Shown: one piece after another, positions 9,265 to 20,280 of the stretch
Position numbering within the stretch: position 1 is the first letter of the stretch
How the letters are laid out: every line of letters begins with the position of its first letter
Origin: a bacterium
GTDB lineage: Bacteria; Electryoneota; Electryoneia; Electryoneales; Electryoneaceae
Length of the DNA: 64,000 bases
Reading direction: 5' to 3'
NCBI GenBank assembly: GCA_963669175.1
Contig: OY769902.1
Location: forward strand, 1,216,001-1,280,000
The notes under the pieces: generated by a model
Seen by the model: the letters and a program-made list of their open reading frames with translations, nothing else
Database searches by the model: none
Told to the model about the DNA's origin: nothing
Program-made: the position numbers and the translations under genes

Positions 9265-11051
9265 TATAACGGTTCACCGTGAATAGGCTGCGGATTGAAG
9301 CCAAGATCAAGCCGCATCATGCCGATGAAGGTGTTGGCTCGAAGTCCCAGACCCGGCGACCAGCGCATGGAGAAAGGATCAATGTGGCGAGGTGAGGACC
9401 AGATACCACCGACGTCCAGAAAACCGACCGCTCCGAACATCTTGTAGATAGACTGACGCACTTCGAGGACATTCCAGACAATCTTCAGACGTCCACCCTT
9501 TGGCTTGCCGTTCGAACTGATCGGGCCGATACTCTGGTAGTTGAAGCCGCGCACCGAATTGGGGCCGCCGGCGTAAAATCGTTCCTGCAGTGGGATACCA
9601 CCGATACCATCCGGGCTGTCCATCAGGCCGACATTGACTCGAGTGGCGAGAATGGTCCAGGGAGATGAGGAGTAATAGAAACGGAGGTCATAGCTGGTCC
9701 TGGTGAATGAATTTGTTCCACCGAGGAAATATCCGACAAATTCATTCTTTGTTTCTGCGTAAATGCCATGGGTCGGGTTGAAGAAGTTGTCACGCGTATC
9801 GAAGACGATAGACTGGAAAACGGAACTGATATCAGTTGTAACGTCATCCGGGATTTCACCTTCAGTCGGCTTCAGGTTTTTCAAAAACGCTTTTTCATAT
9901 TGATAACCCAGGGTCAGGGAAGATTGTTGCCAGAAGGAGTGAGCAAAGGAAACAGTCCCTGTGTAACTCTGAACATCATAACTGGGTTCAATCTGGTACT
10001 GTGCCTGTATACGGTTATCCCAGCGCCAGGGGCTATTGAAGGCCCAGGGTTCTGTTGCGAATCCCTCAACGCTATACCCTACAAACGACCCCTTGGTGAT
10101 GAGGCCGATTTTTCGCGCAGTGCCCAACCAGTTTATGTTGGTCGCTTCGAAACGTCCACGGAGCTTTTCAATCGAACCATACCCGAGTGCTACCTGGATT
10201 TCCTTGTTGTCGCGTTCTTTGATGTTGATCCAGATCGATTTCTGCGTAGAGTCCTCATTGGTCGCGGGGTGAATATCCACGGACACGCTTGAGTACAAAC
10301 CAGTCATGTACAACTGCATCTGGGACTGGCGGATTTTGCTGTAATTGGCGACTTCATTCAAGTCATAGTCAAGTTTACGGCGCACAATACGGGGGCGGGT
10401 GAAATCAATCCCAATCACCCGGATCTTTTCAATAGTGTATTGTATCCCTTCCGTTACCTTGAACTCAATCTGAACCAGGTCCGCGGTATCAATCTCGACA
10501 ATTTTCGGGGTAATGGCAGCTTCCAGGTAGCCACGATCCCAGTAAAAGCGCATCATCCGTTTTGTTGCCTGTTCGAGTTCAAGACGACGGAATGGATCGC
10601 CCGGCTTGAATGTCACCAGATTCATGAGTGAATCACTGCTGATGATTTCATTTCCGCTGATGGCGAGATCATCAATGTGGGTTCGAGCGCCTTCAAACAC
10701 TTCCACAGAAAGGCGCGCTTCCTCTCGGGCGCTGTCCAGTTTGACCTCATAGTAAGCAATGCCAGCCTGCTTGAAGCCCTGGTTGTTATAAAAATCAACG
10801 ATAAACTGCAGATCCTGTTTGAAGTTTTCCGGGTAATAATAGTGGTGCCGATACCACTTGGATTTCTTGGATACCATAATTCCCTTGATCTTGGTGTCAC
10901 TGAAAGTTTTATTCCCGGAAATGGTGACTTTTTTGATTTTGAATTTTATTTCTTCGTTAGCGGCAAATCCCGGCAGAGCAAGGAGAAACAGCATCATCAC
11001 GATCAGGATGCCGGTTAACAGGGGGGCAATATGTATGGAAAGTCGCCTCAT
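9231..11051 (-). CDS. Omp85 family (TamA/BamA-like) outer membrane protein
   Basis: POTRA repeats, FYAGGPNSVRGF motif, C-terminal Phe; directly downstream of the TamB-like gene. Confidence 0.9.
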   Translation of the reverse strand: MRRLSIHIAPLLTGILIVMMLFLLALPGFAANEEIKFKIKKVTISGNKTFSDTKIKGIMVSKKSKWYRHHYYYPENFKQDLQFIVDFYNNQGFKQAGIAYYEVKLDSAREEARLSVEVFEGARTHIDDLAISGNEIISSDSLMNLVTFKPGDPFRRLELEQATKRMMRFYWDRGYLEAAITPKIVEIDTADLVQIEFKVTEGIQYTIEKIRVIGIDFTRPRIVRRKLDYDLNEVANYSKIRQSQMQLYMTGLYSSVSVDIHPATNEDSTQKSIWINIKERDNKEIQVALGYGSIEKLRGRFEATNINWLGTARKIGLITKGSFVGYSVEGFATEPWAFNSPWRWDNRIQAQYQIEPSYDVQSYTGTVSFAHSFWQQSSLTLGYQYEKAFLKNLKPTEGEIPDDVTTDISSVFQSIVFDTRDNFFNPTHGIYAETKNEFVGYFLGGTNSFTRTSYDLRFYYSSSPWTILATRVNVGLMDSPDGIGGIPLQERFYAGGPNSVRGFNYQSIGPISSNGKPKGGRLKIVWNVLEVRQSIYKMFGAVGFLDVGGIWSSPRHIDPFSMRWSPGLGLRANTFIGMMRLDLGFNPQPIHGEPLYKIYFSLGHAF

Positions 11052-14000
11052 TTGAATTGCACCCTGTATTTTACATCCACACCGGATTCGCCGTTCTGAT
11101 GAGTTTCTCCTTCCAGTGAAAAGTGTTTGGTCAATTTATAACTGACCCGTATGCCCTGATCGTCCAAGTATCCCAGGCGGGTGATATAGGTGATCGTGAC
11201 CTTATCGCTGACTCGTTTTGATGCTGCGATGGTTGGCATGGATTCCGCATCTTCAGTATCCATCCGGAACAGGTTGCCTTCGATCTCAAGACCATCCAAC
11301 CCGATGGCGTTGCCGACTTTCCGGTCTACATACCCGCTGATGGCCTGGGAGGTGATTTCCTCGGCGCGGCGTTCCAGTACGCCGCCACTGGAGGTGCCGG
11401 ACCCAGATCCATCGGATGAGGATCCAGTCAACTGGGCGCGAGTCATGCCGACTGTTACAAGTGTGACAATGTCAGCCTCGTCCAGTGACGGATCACTGGT
11501 GAGGGTTACTGTCGGGCTAAGGATTTCACCGTTGATAGCCAGCTCAATTTCGTAGGTGCTGGCTTCCATGGATTTATAGCTCTTGACGGTTGTTTCCGCA
11601 ATCAGGTTCAGCGCACCGGAAACACTATCCTGCATCACGAATGTGACACCACCTGAGATAATGTTGAATTTTCGAGCCAGGTAATTGATCGTACCCTGTT
11701 CTACAACTACGTTTCCGGTAATACTGGGTTCTATGGCGCGTCCGGTGACAGCCGCTTCCATTTCCAGGTTCAGGCTGGCCAGGTTGTTGTCTACCCAGAT
11801 GTTGTCAGATTTGAATATTTGCAGGTTGACATTGGTGTCGCGCAGTATAGGATTGGGTTCCCCTGTAGTATGGACCACTTCGGGGGAATCCAGCATGGCC
11901 AGAAGGGCGGCAATGGACAGGGTTTGCGTATATCGTGCTTCTTCAATGCCAAGGGAGCCGATAAGATTGTATGTGTTGCCCATTTTGCTGTAGCTGATGT
12001 CGGCTGTTTCAATGTCCGCTTCGAACATTTTTTCGCCAGCCAGCTCGATGTTTCGCAATCCACCGGTGAAATTCAGGTCTGTAATGCCCGTTTCATCAAA
12101 AGAAACAGTTCCGGAACCGAAGATCCTGCCTTTTTTGTTCTGCTCTATTTCCAGTGTTTCCAGGGTCACCTTGTCCTGATCATACTTCATCTTGATTACG
12201 CCGTTTTTCAACGGATCTTCGAAGAACATCGGCTGCAAGGATAAATTCTTTACCGATAATTGTCCCTCGACACGTGGCTGTGTCGTGGTTCCGCTGATCA
12301 GCATGGTTGTCGTTAATGAACCATCCAGATTCGCGATGTCCTGACTTAGCGCCTGCAGGGAAATCAGGGAAAAATCCGTTATACTGAACCCGAAGTCGAG
12401 GCTGTCTTTTGACAGGGTTCCAATTCCTACGATAGCGTCTTTTTCGTTGATCGCAACATGCATACGGGCGTCGATATGTTGCAGATCATGGACAATGACA
12501 ACTGATTTGAGTTTAAAATCAGTATCCATGATATGAGCTGTAAGCGCCTTGAGCGTGACCACTGAATCTTCCAGCATCATGGCCATATTAATGCCGGTGA
12601 TCGGGGGTGATAAGGGGTCAGTCTGGTAAACCGCATCGGCAATACGCAATTCTCCTGAAACGTGCGGTGTTTCCATCGTTCCCGAAAGTATAAAATTATA
12701 ATTTCCAAGACCGGTCAGGGACTGCTGTTCGGGGAGGAAGGGGTTGACCATGCGCAGGTCCAGGCCGAATCCCGATGCATTAAAGTCGACCGGGGCCTCT
12801 CGATTCGGAGTTAATCCACCCTTGGAATCACGTGTGAACAGCACTTTCCCGCTGGAATGATTCGTGATTTGCCCTTCCTGGAAAACCTGCCAGCGTGACA
12901 ATTCAAATGCGGAGGTGTCCATGTGGGCGACAGCTACAATCGTATCGGAATAAACTTGTCCGATTCGGGGATGCTGCAGGCGAAAGACAATATCGGCAAC
13001 CGGGTTATGAACAGTGCCCTCGAGCCCGAGATTGAAGGTCAGGGCTCCCTCGATATCCTTGGGCTCCGGGAGGAAGGTATTCACCTGTTCCAGGTCAAAC
13101 CCGATGCCCTGGACAGTGATATTCATTACGCTGTCAATCTGGTCATACATGCCGACAATGCGGCCCATGCGCTGATCCGGATTGTCGTTGTTGATGAAGT
13201 TGATGCGCCCGCGCCCGCTGCCGGTTCGCAGGTCATAACGTCCATCCCCTTTTACTTTCAGGCGGTTCCAGTTCAGTTCCAGTTCACTCAGTCGGACCGC
13301 ATTTTCGTCTGCTTTCACCAGTACAGTGGCATCGTCAATCAGGAACGTGTCATATCCCACTGAAACCAGGTCCACTTTGAGCTGTGCATCCATACTGTCC
13401 GGCGACCAGGACGCGGTGCCGTCATAGGTCAGGTTGCCGACCAGGCCTTTTACCCCAAACAGGGCTTTTGATGTGTCAATGGACGTCAGGGTTCCTCGTA
13501 AATGCCCCCCCTGAAGGCTGGGTTTCCCCTTCTGATAAAGGAAGCGAGCTGTCAATGAATCAAGCGGGAAATCCCAATACCGGACATTGCTGACAGAAAG
13601 AGCTGCGTCAATATCCGGTTGCTCGTATGGTCCCTCAATGCTTCCGGCCAGTTCAACCTTTCCACTGGCATTCATGGTGTCAAACATGGCCACATAGGGC
13701 TGGATATCGGGTATCGCAAGGGAAAAATCACCGGACATGCCGGACTGAGTCAGGTCGAGTTCCGCTGAGATTGTCGTTGGTAACTGGGTGATTTGAAGAT
13801 CTGCTCTGCCCATCAGGAATGAGGCGCGGGCCATGATGTATTCCACAGAGAGCGTGTCATAGGTCGGATTGTCAACACGCAAATCCAGGGTCGCGCTGAT
13901 TCCTTCCGGGAAAACCAGCTCGCCACGTGAGTGGAGCAACGCTCCGACCGAACCGCTCACCGGGAGAGAATCCTGTTCCAGGCTTTGCATGAGTCGGGTT

Positions 14001-15253
14001 AATTGTATCGAAGCCAGCCGCAGTTCCAACTCGTGGTTCATGGGTTCCTGAAGCGTTAGCCAGCCGCTGGCTTCCGCAGTGCCCCCCAAGGCGGATAGGT
14101 TCAGCTTGTGCAATGTTACTTTGTCGGGAGTATAGGTTACATCGAGGTAACCTTTAGGCAATCTCCAATGCGGAACACTCAGGTTTGAGACATCCAGGGT
14201 AGCCTCGGCCTGAAGCGCGTCCACCGGGCCGCTGACCCTGCCCTGGAGCGCAATATTTCCACGGATGGGACGAAATTCGGACGGGATAAACGAGGCATAC
14301 GCTTTTGTCAAAGGATTGACATCACCTTCCAGCCAGGCATTTCCATCCATGGTGAAAACGCTGTCCCAGTCCAGTTTTGTGTTCGAGAGGTCCAGCGACA
14401 GTCCGGGCAAGGTCAGATGCAGCGTGTCCACATCAGTCCCGGTTCCGGCATAGACAGCACGCAACAGCCAGTCATTCACAAATGCACGATTGCCGTCAAA
14501 ATCGGTAAAACTGGAATCCACAGTCAGCTCAACCGCATAACTGTCCGGTTCCGGCATCGTAGCGGTGATGTTCAGGTCATGTACGCTTGATTCCAGGGGA
14601 ATCGCATCATCTTTATAGTGCAGGAAAGCGTGATTGATGGTTGCACGTCCCAATTTGAATACAAAGCCTGAGCTGGCGCTGTCTGTGGGAGATTCCGCGT
14701 TTTCTGTCGTGGTGTCAGTTGTGGCCGAGTCTATTTCGGTAGCGCCAAAGTTCGGTATGACCAGGTTGCCCGCAGCGTCACGTCGCAGAAACGCGGTCAG
14801 GTTGTCCACTTCAACCGTGTTTACCACAATCGTCTTTTTCAACAGGGGAAGCAGACTGTAGGTCGCTTTAACCCGTCCGACAGTGGCGAGGTATTCCATC
14901 GTACTGTCATCGGGTTGCGGTACTACAACGCCGGAAATACTGATACGTGACACCAGGTTGGTCTCAATCGCATCAATTCTAACAGGCAGGTTCAATCGTT
15001 GTTGTATCTGTGATTCCGCGATGCTCGCGACGAGATGTTCACCCGGCGGAAGAGTGATGAAGATCAAAATTCCGGCGATCAGCAGGAAGAGAGCGAGGAC
15101 ACACCAGAGAACGACGGCTGTCATTCTCCTAAGGAGAGACCGTTTATTGGGCTTCTTCTCTACGGTCTTGGGAATGCTGTTGTCTGTATCTTCCACCTTC
15201 TTCAAAAAATCTACCCGTACGACGTATGAACGACTTCCCCGGAATAAGTACAA
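11048..15253 (-). CDS. TamB/AsmA-like translocation and assembly module protein (start uncertain, probably near 15196)
   Basis: N-terminal TM anchor, long beta-rich body, C-terminal LTSDPSLDEADIV..L motif, 4-bp overlap with the tamA-like gene. Confidence 0.85.
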   Translation of the reverse strand: MYLFRGSRSYVVRVDFLKKVEDTDNSIPKTVEKKPNKRSLLRRMTAVVLWCVLALFLLIAGILIFITLPPGEHLVASIAESQIQQRLNLPVRIDAIETNLVSRISISGVVVPQPDDSTMEYLATVGRVKATYSLLPLLKKTIVVNTVEVDNLTAFLRRDAAGNLVIPNFGATEIDSATTDTTTENAESPTDSASSGFVFKLGRATINHAFLHYKDDAIPLESSVHDLNITATMPEPDSYAVELTVDSSFTDFDGNRAFVNDWLLRAVYAGTGTDVDTLHLTLPGLSLDLSNTKLDWDSVFTMDGNAWLEGDVNPLTKAYASFIPSEFRPIRGNIALQGRVSGPVDALQAEATLDVSNLSVPHWRLPKGYLDVTYTPDKVTLHKLNLSALGGTAEASGWLTLQEPMNHELELRLASIQLTRLMQSLEQDSLPVSGSVGALLHSRGELVFPEGISATLDLRVDNPTYDTLSVEYIMARASFLMGRADLQITQLPTTISAELDLTQSGMSGDFSLAIPDIQPYVAMFDTMNASGKVELAGSIEGPYEQPDIDAALSVSNVRYWDFPLDSLTARFLYQKGKPSLQGGHLRGTLTSIDTSKALFGVKGLVGNLTYDGTASWSPDSMDAQLKVDLVSVGYDTFLIDDATVLVKADENAVRLSELELNWNRLKVKGDGRYDLRTGSGRGRINFINNDNPDQRMGRIVGMYDQIDSVMNITVQGIGFDLEQVNTFLPEPKDIEGALTFNLGLEGTVHNPVADIVFRLQHPRIGQVYSDTIVAVAHMDTSAFELSRWQVFQEGQITNHSSGKVLFTRDSKGGLTPNREAPVDFNASGFGLDLRMVNPFLPEQQSLTGLGNYNFILSGTMETPHVSGELRIADAVYQTDPLSPPITGINMAMMLEDSVVTLKALTAHIMDTDFKLKSVVIVHDLQHIDARMHVAINEKDAIVGIGTLSKDSLDFGFSITDFSLISLQALSQDIANLDGSLTTTMLISGTTTQPRVEGQLSVKNLSLQPMFFEDPLKNGVIKMKYDQDKVTLETLEIEQNKKGRIFGSGTVSFDETGITDLNFTGGLRNIELAGEKMFEADIETADISYSKMGNTYNLIGSLGIEEARYTQTLSIAALLAMLDSPEVVHTTGEPNPILRDTNVNLQIFKSDNIWVDNNLASLNLEMEAAVTGRAIEPSITGNVVVEQGTINYLARKFNIISGGVTFVMQDSVSGALNLIAETTVKSYKSMEASTYEIELAINGEILSPTVTLTSDPSLDEADIVTLVTVGMTRAQLTGSSSDGSGSGTSSGGVLERRAEEITSQAISGYVDRKVGNAIGLDGLEIEGNLFRMDTEDAESMPTIAASKRVSDKVTITYITRLGYLDDQGIRVSYKLTKHFSLEGETHQNGESGVDVKYRVQFK

Positions 15254-15783
15254 TGAATCCGAGAAGGTACGAGTTCTCGCCAGCTCTGCGAAATAACTTT
15301 TTCATTAACAAGCTGCAAGAGGTTAAAGTCATTTTCTTGTTCCGGCCCACCCTCAAAATGATAAGCAAATTTCTTCTGCGCATATTACATGCCAGCAGAA
15401 AGATCAGTATTTTTATATGATACCTGAAGTTTGGGCTGTTGTTTCGATGATTCAGGATATGATTATCCGGGAGGCATGGTTTCCCTCCTGAATAGTGTCT
15501 TGTGAGACTCGTCAACTCATACCGTTTTTTCAATCGATAAAATACCTAAAAGCATGATAAACGCAAACGTATACTCTTGTTTTTCTAAGAGTTTTTTCAA
15601 AGAGCGAGAGCCTATATTGGGTTGAAAATACAGTGTGAAACGTCTCTTCTAAATGTATATTTGAAGATGTTTTCGCGTTTTATCATATTGATATTATTCT
15701 TGTTGTGACATTTTTTGACCTACAGTAAATGTGAGAAATACGAACAGACGAAGTTGCTTACATTTGCTGCGAAGGAGCGCATC

Positions 15784-18700
15784 ATGCGACATATTGGTAT
15801 TCTGATTGTTCTACTGCTTGGGTTTGGCTGTGCTGCGAACGCGGGTGATTACTACGTGACTGCTGACGGTTCCGATGGCAACACCGGAACGAGTATCGAA
15901 CAGGCCTGGGCGACGATCACTCACGCGGTGGACAACGTGTTCGGAACCGAAGAGGATCCGGCGGTTATTCACCTGATGATGAGCACATTCAGCCGGGAGA
16001 GCGGAGAAGATTTCCCCATTACCGTGGGAAATGTCGGCTATATCGAGATCATTGGTCTGGCAGCCAACTATTCCATCATTGACGGTTCCGGGGCGCAGTC
16101 GTGGGAAGATTATTACATCTTCGAAGTCGATGGTCCAACCAGCTTTACCATGGACATGATGGGGATTCAGGGGTATCGCGGTGGTATTGAGGTTACCGGG
16201 AATACCGGTGATGTCGTGCTACGGAATCTAAGGTTTCATGATATCTCGCTGAATTCGAGCGGAAATGGCGATCCGGCAATTTACCTGCATGATTTTTCCG
16301 GCGATGTCCGGCTTGACAGCATCTATGTGGACGGCAGTCTTTCCGAAAACGACGGTGGTGTTGTCAATATTGAAAACGTGACCGGTGATGTTTATGTCAC
16401 GTACAATTTCTACGAAGACAACCTGGCTCGCTGGGGCAACGGCGGTGCGTTTTATGTTGAAGACCTGCATGGATCTTTCACGGTGGAAGACTGTGAATTC
16501 ACCGAGTCGCAGGCCCAGGATGACGGCGGCGCGTTTTACTTCGACACAGTGGACGACTCCATCGCCTTCAGCCGGGTAACCTTCCTGAATTCCTATGCCG
16601 AATTCGGCGATGGTGGCGACTGTTACATCGTTGGCGCAGAAGGAAGCGTAACCTTTACCGATATCGATACTGATTCCGCGTTTGCTTTCCACGGCGGCAG
16701 CTCCATCTACATGTCCAATAATGCCGGTGATGTTACGATTGACGGCTACGACGCAGTCTATACCGGCGCCAATGAAGGCAGCGGGAACTACGATGATGGC
16801 GGCACGATTTATATCAAGAACAACGGTCACGACGAGCAGGAAATTGCGGTAACGCTGAATAATATTACAATTGACAAGACAACGGCACGAAACTCCGGCG
16901 GCGCGATTTACCTGAAAAACATCGGTGATCCGGGTAATGGTACCTCCGGGGTGACCCTGAGCGGGATATCCATCAACGATGCGACGGCTGTGTGGAATGA
17001 TGGCGGCGCGATTGCTATTGAAAATGTGGATGGTCCGGTCAGCCTAATCCAGATCGATGTTGCCGATGCTTATGCACACGACAACGGCGGCGCGTTTTAC
17101 CTGAAAGATATTACCGGGCTGTTGACCCTGGCTGATATTACAGTGGAAAACTCCTACAACGAATGGAACAAGGGCGGCGCGTTTTACATCAACGATATCG
17201 GCAACGGTATAGAATCGACCAATGTCACAGTAGATGTGGCGCGATCCTACCATCAGGGCGGTGGTGTCTATATTCTGGACGTTGAGCCCTATGCCACATT
17301 CGACGGCCTCTACATCAACAACTGTGAAACCGTATGGGGTGAAGGAGGCGGAATCTATTTCTACACCAACCCCCAGGTGGACAGCCTGCATTTCAACAAC
17401 CTGGCCCTCTGCGCCAATGTGTCCGGCGATGAAGACGGCGGCGGGATGTACCTGTATACCAATGCCAACAACGTCGAGTTGCTGCTTCTGACCAACTTCA
17501 GCGTGATCGAAAACGAAGCGGGGACCTGGGGTCATGGCGGCGGTCTGTACGTGGATAAGGCTGACACGGTCATCATGAAAAACGGCACCCTGTCGATGAA
17601 TGTATCCGGCAACACCGATCAGTGGTCCGAGTATGACGGTGGCGGGATGTGCGCAAAACGCATTACCAGCCTGCAGATGGATAATGTCGTATTCTGGAAC
17701 AACACCGCCAACGGGAACGGCGGCGGTTTGCTGGCCTATGACATCTACGACGAAATGCACTTGGACAACGTCATTTTCTACGGCAATACTGCAGTTCGTG
17801 AAAGCCAGTGGAGTGAAGGCGAAGGCGGCGGGATTTATTTCGAACGCAACAACGCAGAAGGTCCGGACTATTATATCCGTAACGGTCTTTTCGCGGAGAA
17901 TACAGCACAGCGTAACGGCGGCGCGATTTACATGCGCAAAGGCCAGATTGATATGGTTAGCTGTACCGTGGCCTGGAACAACGCCTGGATCGATTACCCG
18001 TCACTGGGTATGAACAACGCCGGTGAAATTGACGCTTTCAACACCATCATCTGGGGCAATAACGATAGCCACGACGGTGAGGATATCACCTACCGTGAAA
18101 ACCGGATGACGTTCAACTATTGTGATGTGGAACGTAACACCGGCACAGTCAGTGGTCCGGGGAACTTCAATGCTGATCCGCTGTATACCGATACCGGCGA
18201 TTATGATTTCACCATTCAATCCGGAAGTCCCTGTTTTGATACCGGAATGCCCTATGATGCGGGCGATCCCTGGACCGATTACAGCCATGAGCCGGAACCC
18301 AACGGCAACCGTATCAATGTTGGCTACTGGGGCGGCGTGGTTGGCGCGGGCGACTGCTATCACTGCGGTGGTACAGGCACCTGGCCCGGTGGCGGCGGGG
18401 GAAGCGGCGGGTCTGAATCGAAGAAAATCGTGTTGAAAGACAAGTACATCTTCATCGGCACACCCGTAGCCCCGTTTGCGGAAGACTCGCAGGAAAACCC
18501 GGATTCGGCATGGGGAGATGATGTCAACTACACCGATCCCGGATGGCAGGATCAGACCTGGCGCTGGAGCCGTTACACCAACGGCACCGAAAGCGACGAA
18601 GGCACCTTTGTCGGGTACCTGCGTTACGATGAGCCGGACGAAATCGGCCACAGCGGCACCTATGTGGACGCCGGGAATCCACCGGCCATCACTCCTGGCC

Positions 18701-19986
18701 TCGGCTACTGGTTTGTCTGGAATTACGGTATCATCCCGGACGGGCAGACTGTGCCGCCGTTCATCTATATCGATATTCACAAGTACGCGCTGCCACGTGA
18801 ACCCTATGCAGTGCAACTGATCGGTGCAACGGAAGAAGGCGGCTATGGCCTGAACCAGATGGCGAACCCGTTCACCTTCCCGATCAACTGGTCGGACGTG
18901 CTGTTCTCCGATGATCAGCAGACCTGGATCAGCCTGGAAGAAGCCTCGGCAGAACCCTATAACTGGGTGAACCGTTACGCCTATACCTGGAACCACCCCA
19001 ACGGTTATTACGAAGTCCGCTCCGACCGGATTGATCCGTGGGAAGGCTTCTGGGTGGTGACCACATCGACCGATTCCGTCTGGATGCAATTCCAGCCGGA
19101 AGTGTCCGAAGAGTCATTGGATGACAACCTGGATGAACTGGACGAGGTGCTGGACTGGAGCCTGACTCTCACCGCACGCCGTACCGATGCCTTGCAAGTT
19201 GACTACTACAACTGGATCGGGGTTGGGGAAGATGTGGAGAATGGGCTGGACAAGTATGACGCTTTCGAGTTTGCCCCGGTTTCCAGTGAAGCGATTTTCC
19301 TGCGCAGCCGTCTGCTGGATGAAAACAACAACCCGACCGATCGCCTGACCTTCGACTTCCGTGAGAATGATCTGGAAGACGTGGACTACAAGGCATGGCT
19401 GATGGAAGGCTGGTTCTGGCATGATACGTCCATACCGGATGCCGGTCCGGCTTACCCGGTGGATGTGCGCCTGCAATGGCCGACGATCAGCTCAGTGCCG
19501 GAGAATGTGACGCTTCGTCTGTACGACTTTACCGGTGCGCCGTTTGAACCGTCACCGGAAAATGTGCTGGTCGATGATTTGCGTGATGAAAACGAGTACA
19601 TCATCACTTTCGATACGCCGTACCAGAGTAAATATTATTATACCCGTTTCTGGGTTGTCGCCACGACCAACCCGGCCTTGCTGGACGCACCGGAAGAGAA
19701 TGTGAGCGAGCTGCCGTTGACAACTACCCTGAAAGCGGTCAGCCCAAACCCGTTCAACCCGAGCACAACCATTCGCTTCGATGTTGCCCACGCGACTGAT
19801 GTACGGCTGGAAGTGTTCAACCTGCTGGGGCAGCGTGTGGCGGTTCTGGCGGATCGTTCCATGCAGGCAGGACGTCACGAGATCACCTGGAACGCCATGG
19901 ATTATTCCAGCGGCGCCTACTTCATCCGGTTCAACGCACCCCTGGCGGGAGTGAACCAGACGCAGAAGGTTATCCTGATGAAGTAG
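15784..19986 (+). CDS. Large secreted right-handed beta-helix (GGAI/GGAF-repeat) protein with a Por/T9SS-type C-terminal domain
   Basis: Signal peptide, YYV..DGSDGNTG N-terminus, many GG(A/G)(I/F)Y repeats, C-terminal PNPFNPSTTIRF...VFNLLGQRV...SSGAYFIR...KVILMK. Confidence 0.9.
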   Translation: MRHIGILIVLLLGFGCAANAGDYYVTADGSDGNTGTSIEQAWATITHAVDNVFGTEEDPAVIHLMMSTFSRESGEDFPITVGNVGYIEIIGLAANYSIIDGSGAQSWEDYYIFEVDGPTSFTMDMMGIQGYRGGIEVTGNTGDVVLRNLRFHDISLNSSGNGDPAIYLHDFSGDVRLDSIYVDGSLSENDGGVVNIENVTGDVYVTYNFYEDNLARWGNGGAFYVEDLHGSFTVEDCEFTESQAQDDGGAFYFDTVDDSIAFSRVTFLNSYAEFGDGGDCYIVGAEGSVTFTDIDTDSAFAFHGGSSIYMSNNAGDVTIDGYDAVYTGANEGSGNYDDGGTIYIKNNGHDEQEIAVTLNNITIDKTTARNSGGAIYLKNIGDPGNGTSGVTLSGISINDATAVWNDGGAIAIENVDGPVSLIQIDVADAYAHDNGGAFYLKDITGLLTLADITVENSYNEWNKGGAFYINDIGNGIESTNVTVDVARSYHQGGGVYILDVEPYATFDGLYINNCETVWGEGGGIYFYTNPQVDSLHFNNLALCANVSGDEDGGGMYLYTNANNVELLLLTNFSVIENEAGTWGHGGGLYVDKADTVIMKNGTLSMNVSGNTDQWSEYDGGGMCAKRITSLQMDNVVFWNNTANGNGGGLLAYDIYDEMHLDNVIFYGNTAVRESQWSEGEGGGIYFERNNAEGPDYYIRNGLFAENTAQRNGGAIYMRKGQIDMVSCTVAWNNAWIDYPSLGMNNAGEIDAFNTIIWGNNDSHDGEDITYRENRMTFNYCDVERNTGTVSGPGNFNADPLYTDTGDYDFTIQSGSPCFDTGMPYDAGDPWTDYSHEPEPNGNRINVGYWGGVVGAGDCYHCGGTGTWPGGGGGSGGSESKKIVLKDKYIFIGTPVAPFAEDSQENPDSAWGDDVNYTDPGWQDQTWRWSRYTNGTESDEGTFVGYLRYDEPDEIGHSGTYVDAGNPPAITPGLGYWFVWNYGIIPDGQTVPPFIYIDIHKYALPREPYAVQLIGATEEGGYGLNQMANPFTFPINWSDVLFSDDQQTWISLEEASAEPYNWVNRYAYTWNHPNGYYEVRSDRIDPWEGFWVVTTSTDSVWMQFQPEVSEESLDDNLDELDEVLDWSLTLTARRTDALQVDYYNWIGVGEDVENGLDKYDAFEFAPVSSEAIFLRSRLLDENNNPTDRLTFDFRENDLEDVDYKAWLMEGWFWHDTSIPDAGPAYPVDVRLQWPTISSVPENVTLRLYDFTGAPFEPSPENVLVDDLRDENEYIITFDTPYQSKYYYTRFWVVATTNPALLDAPEENVSELPLTTTLKAVSPNPFNPSTTIRFDVAHATDVRLEVFNLLGQRVAVLADRSMQAGRHEITWNAMDYSSGAYFIRFNAPLAGVNQTQKVILMK

Positions 19987-20141
19987 GAAGTGGACGAAGT
20001 GAAAAAAGCAGGCAGTGAAAAAGGTGAAAAAAGTGTAGATTGTCTGGCCCGGGTAATTCATCCGGGTCTTTTCTTTCCTGTTTAAAAAAGCAAACAGAAG
20101 CAAAATAGAAATATAGCAGTACTCGAAAAAATGTTGCATTA

Positions 20142-20190
20142 TGTCATCCCCTCCCCGAATGTTGTAGTCGGGAATCAACCGGGGATCTCG
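20142..20190. repeat. GTCATCCC...GGGATC-type palindromic repeat (related copies near 46444-46485, 51452-51500, 55621-55770, 55862-55888, 58883-58909)
   Basis: Shared TCATCCC(C/G)...GGGATC(C/T) hairpin cores; the 20142 and 51452 copies are near reverse complements. Confidence 0.65.
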
Positions 20191-20280
20191 ACGTTTTGCT
20201 GTCCTATGCAACATTTATGCAACCCACTATAATATTTGTAAATCAGGAGGAAAACAACGATGTCAAAGGAAAATGGGAAG

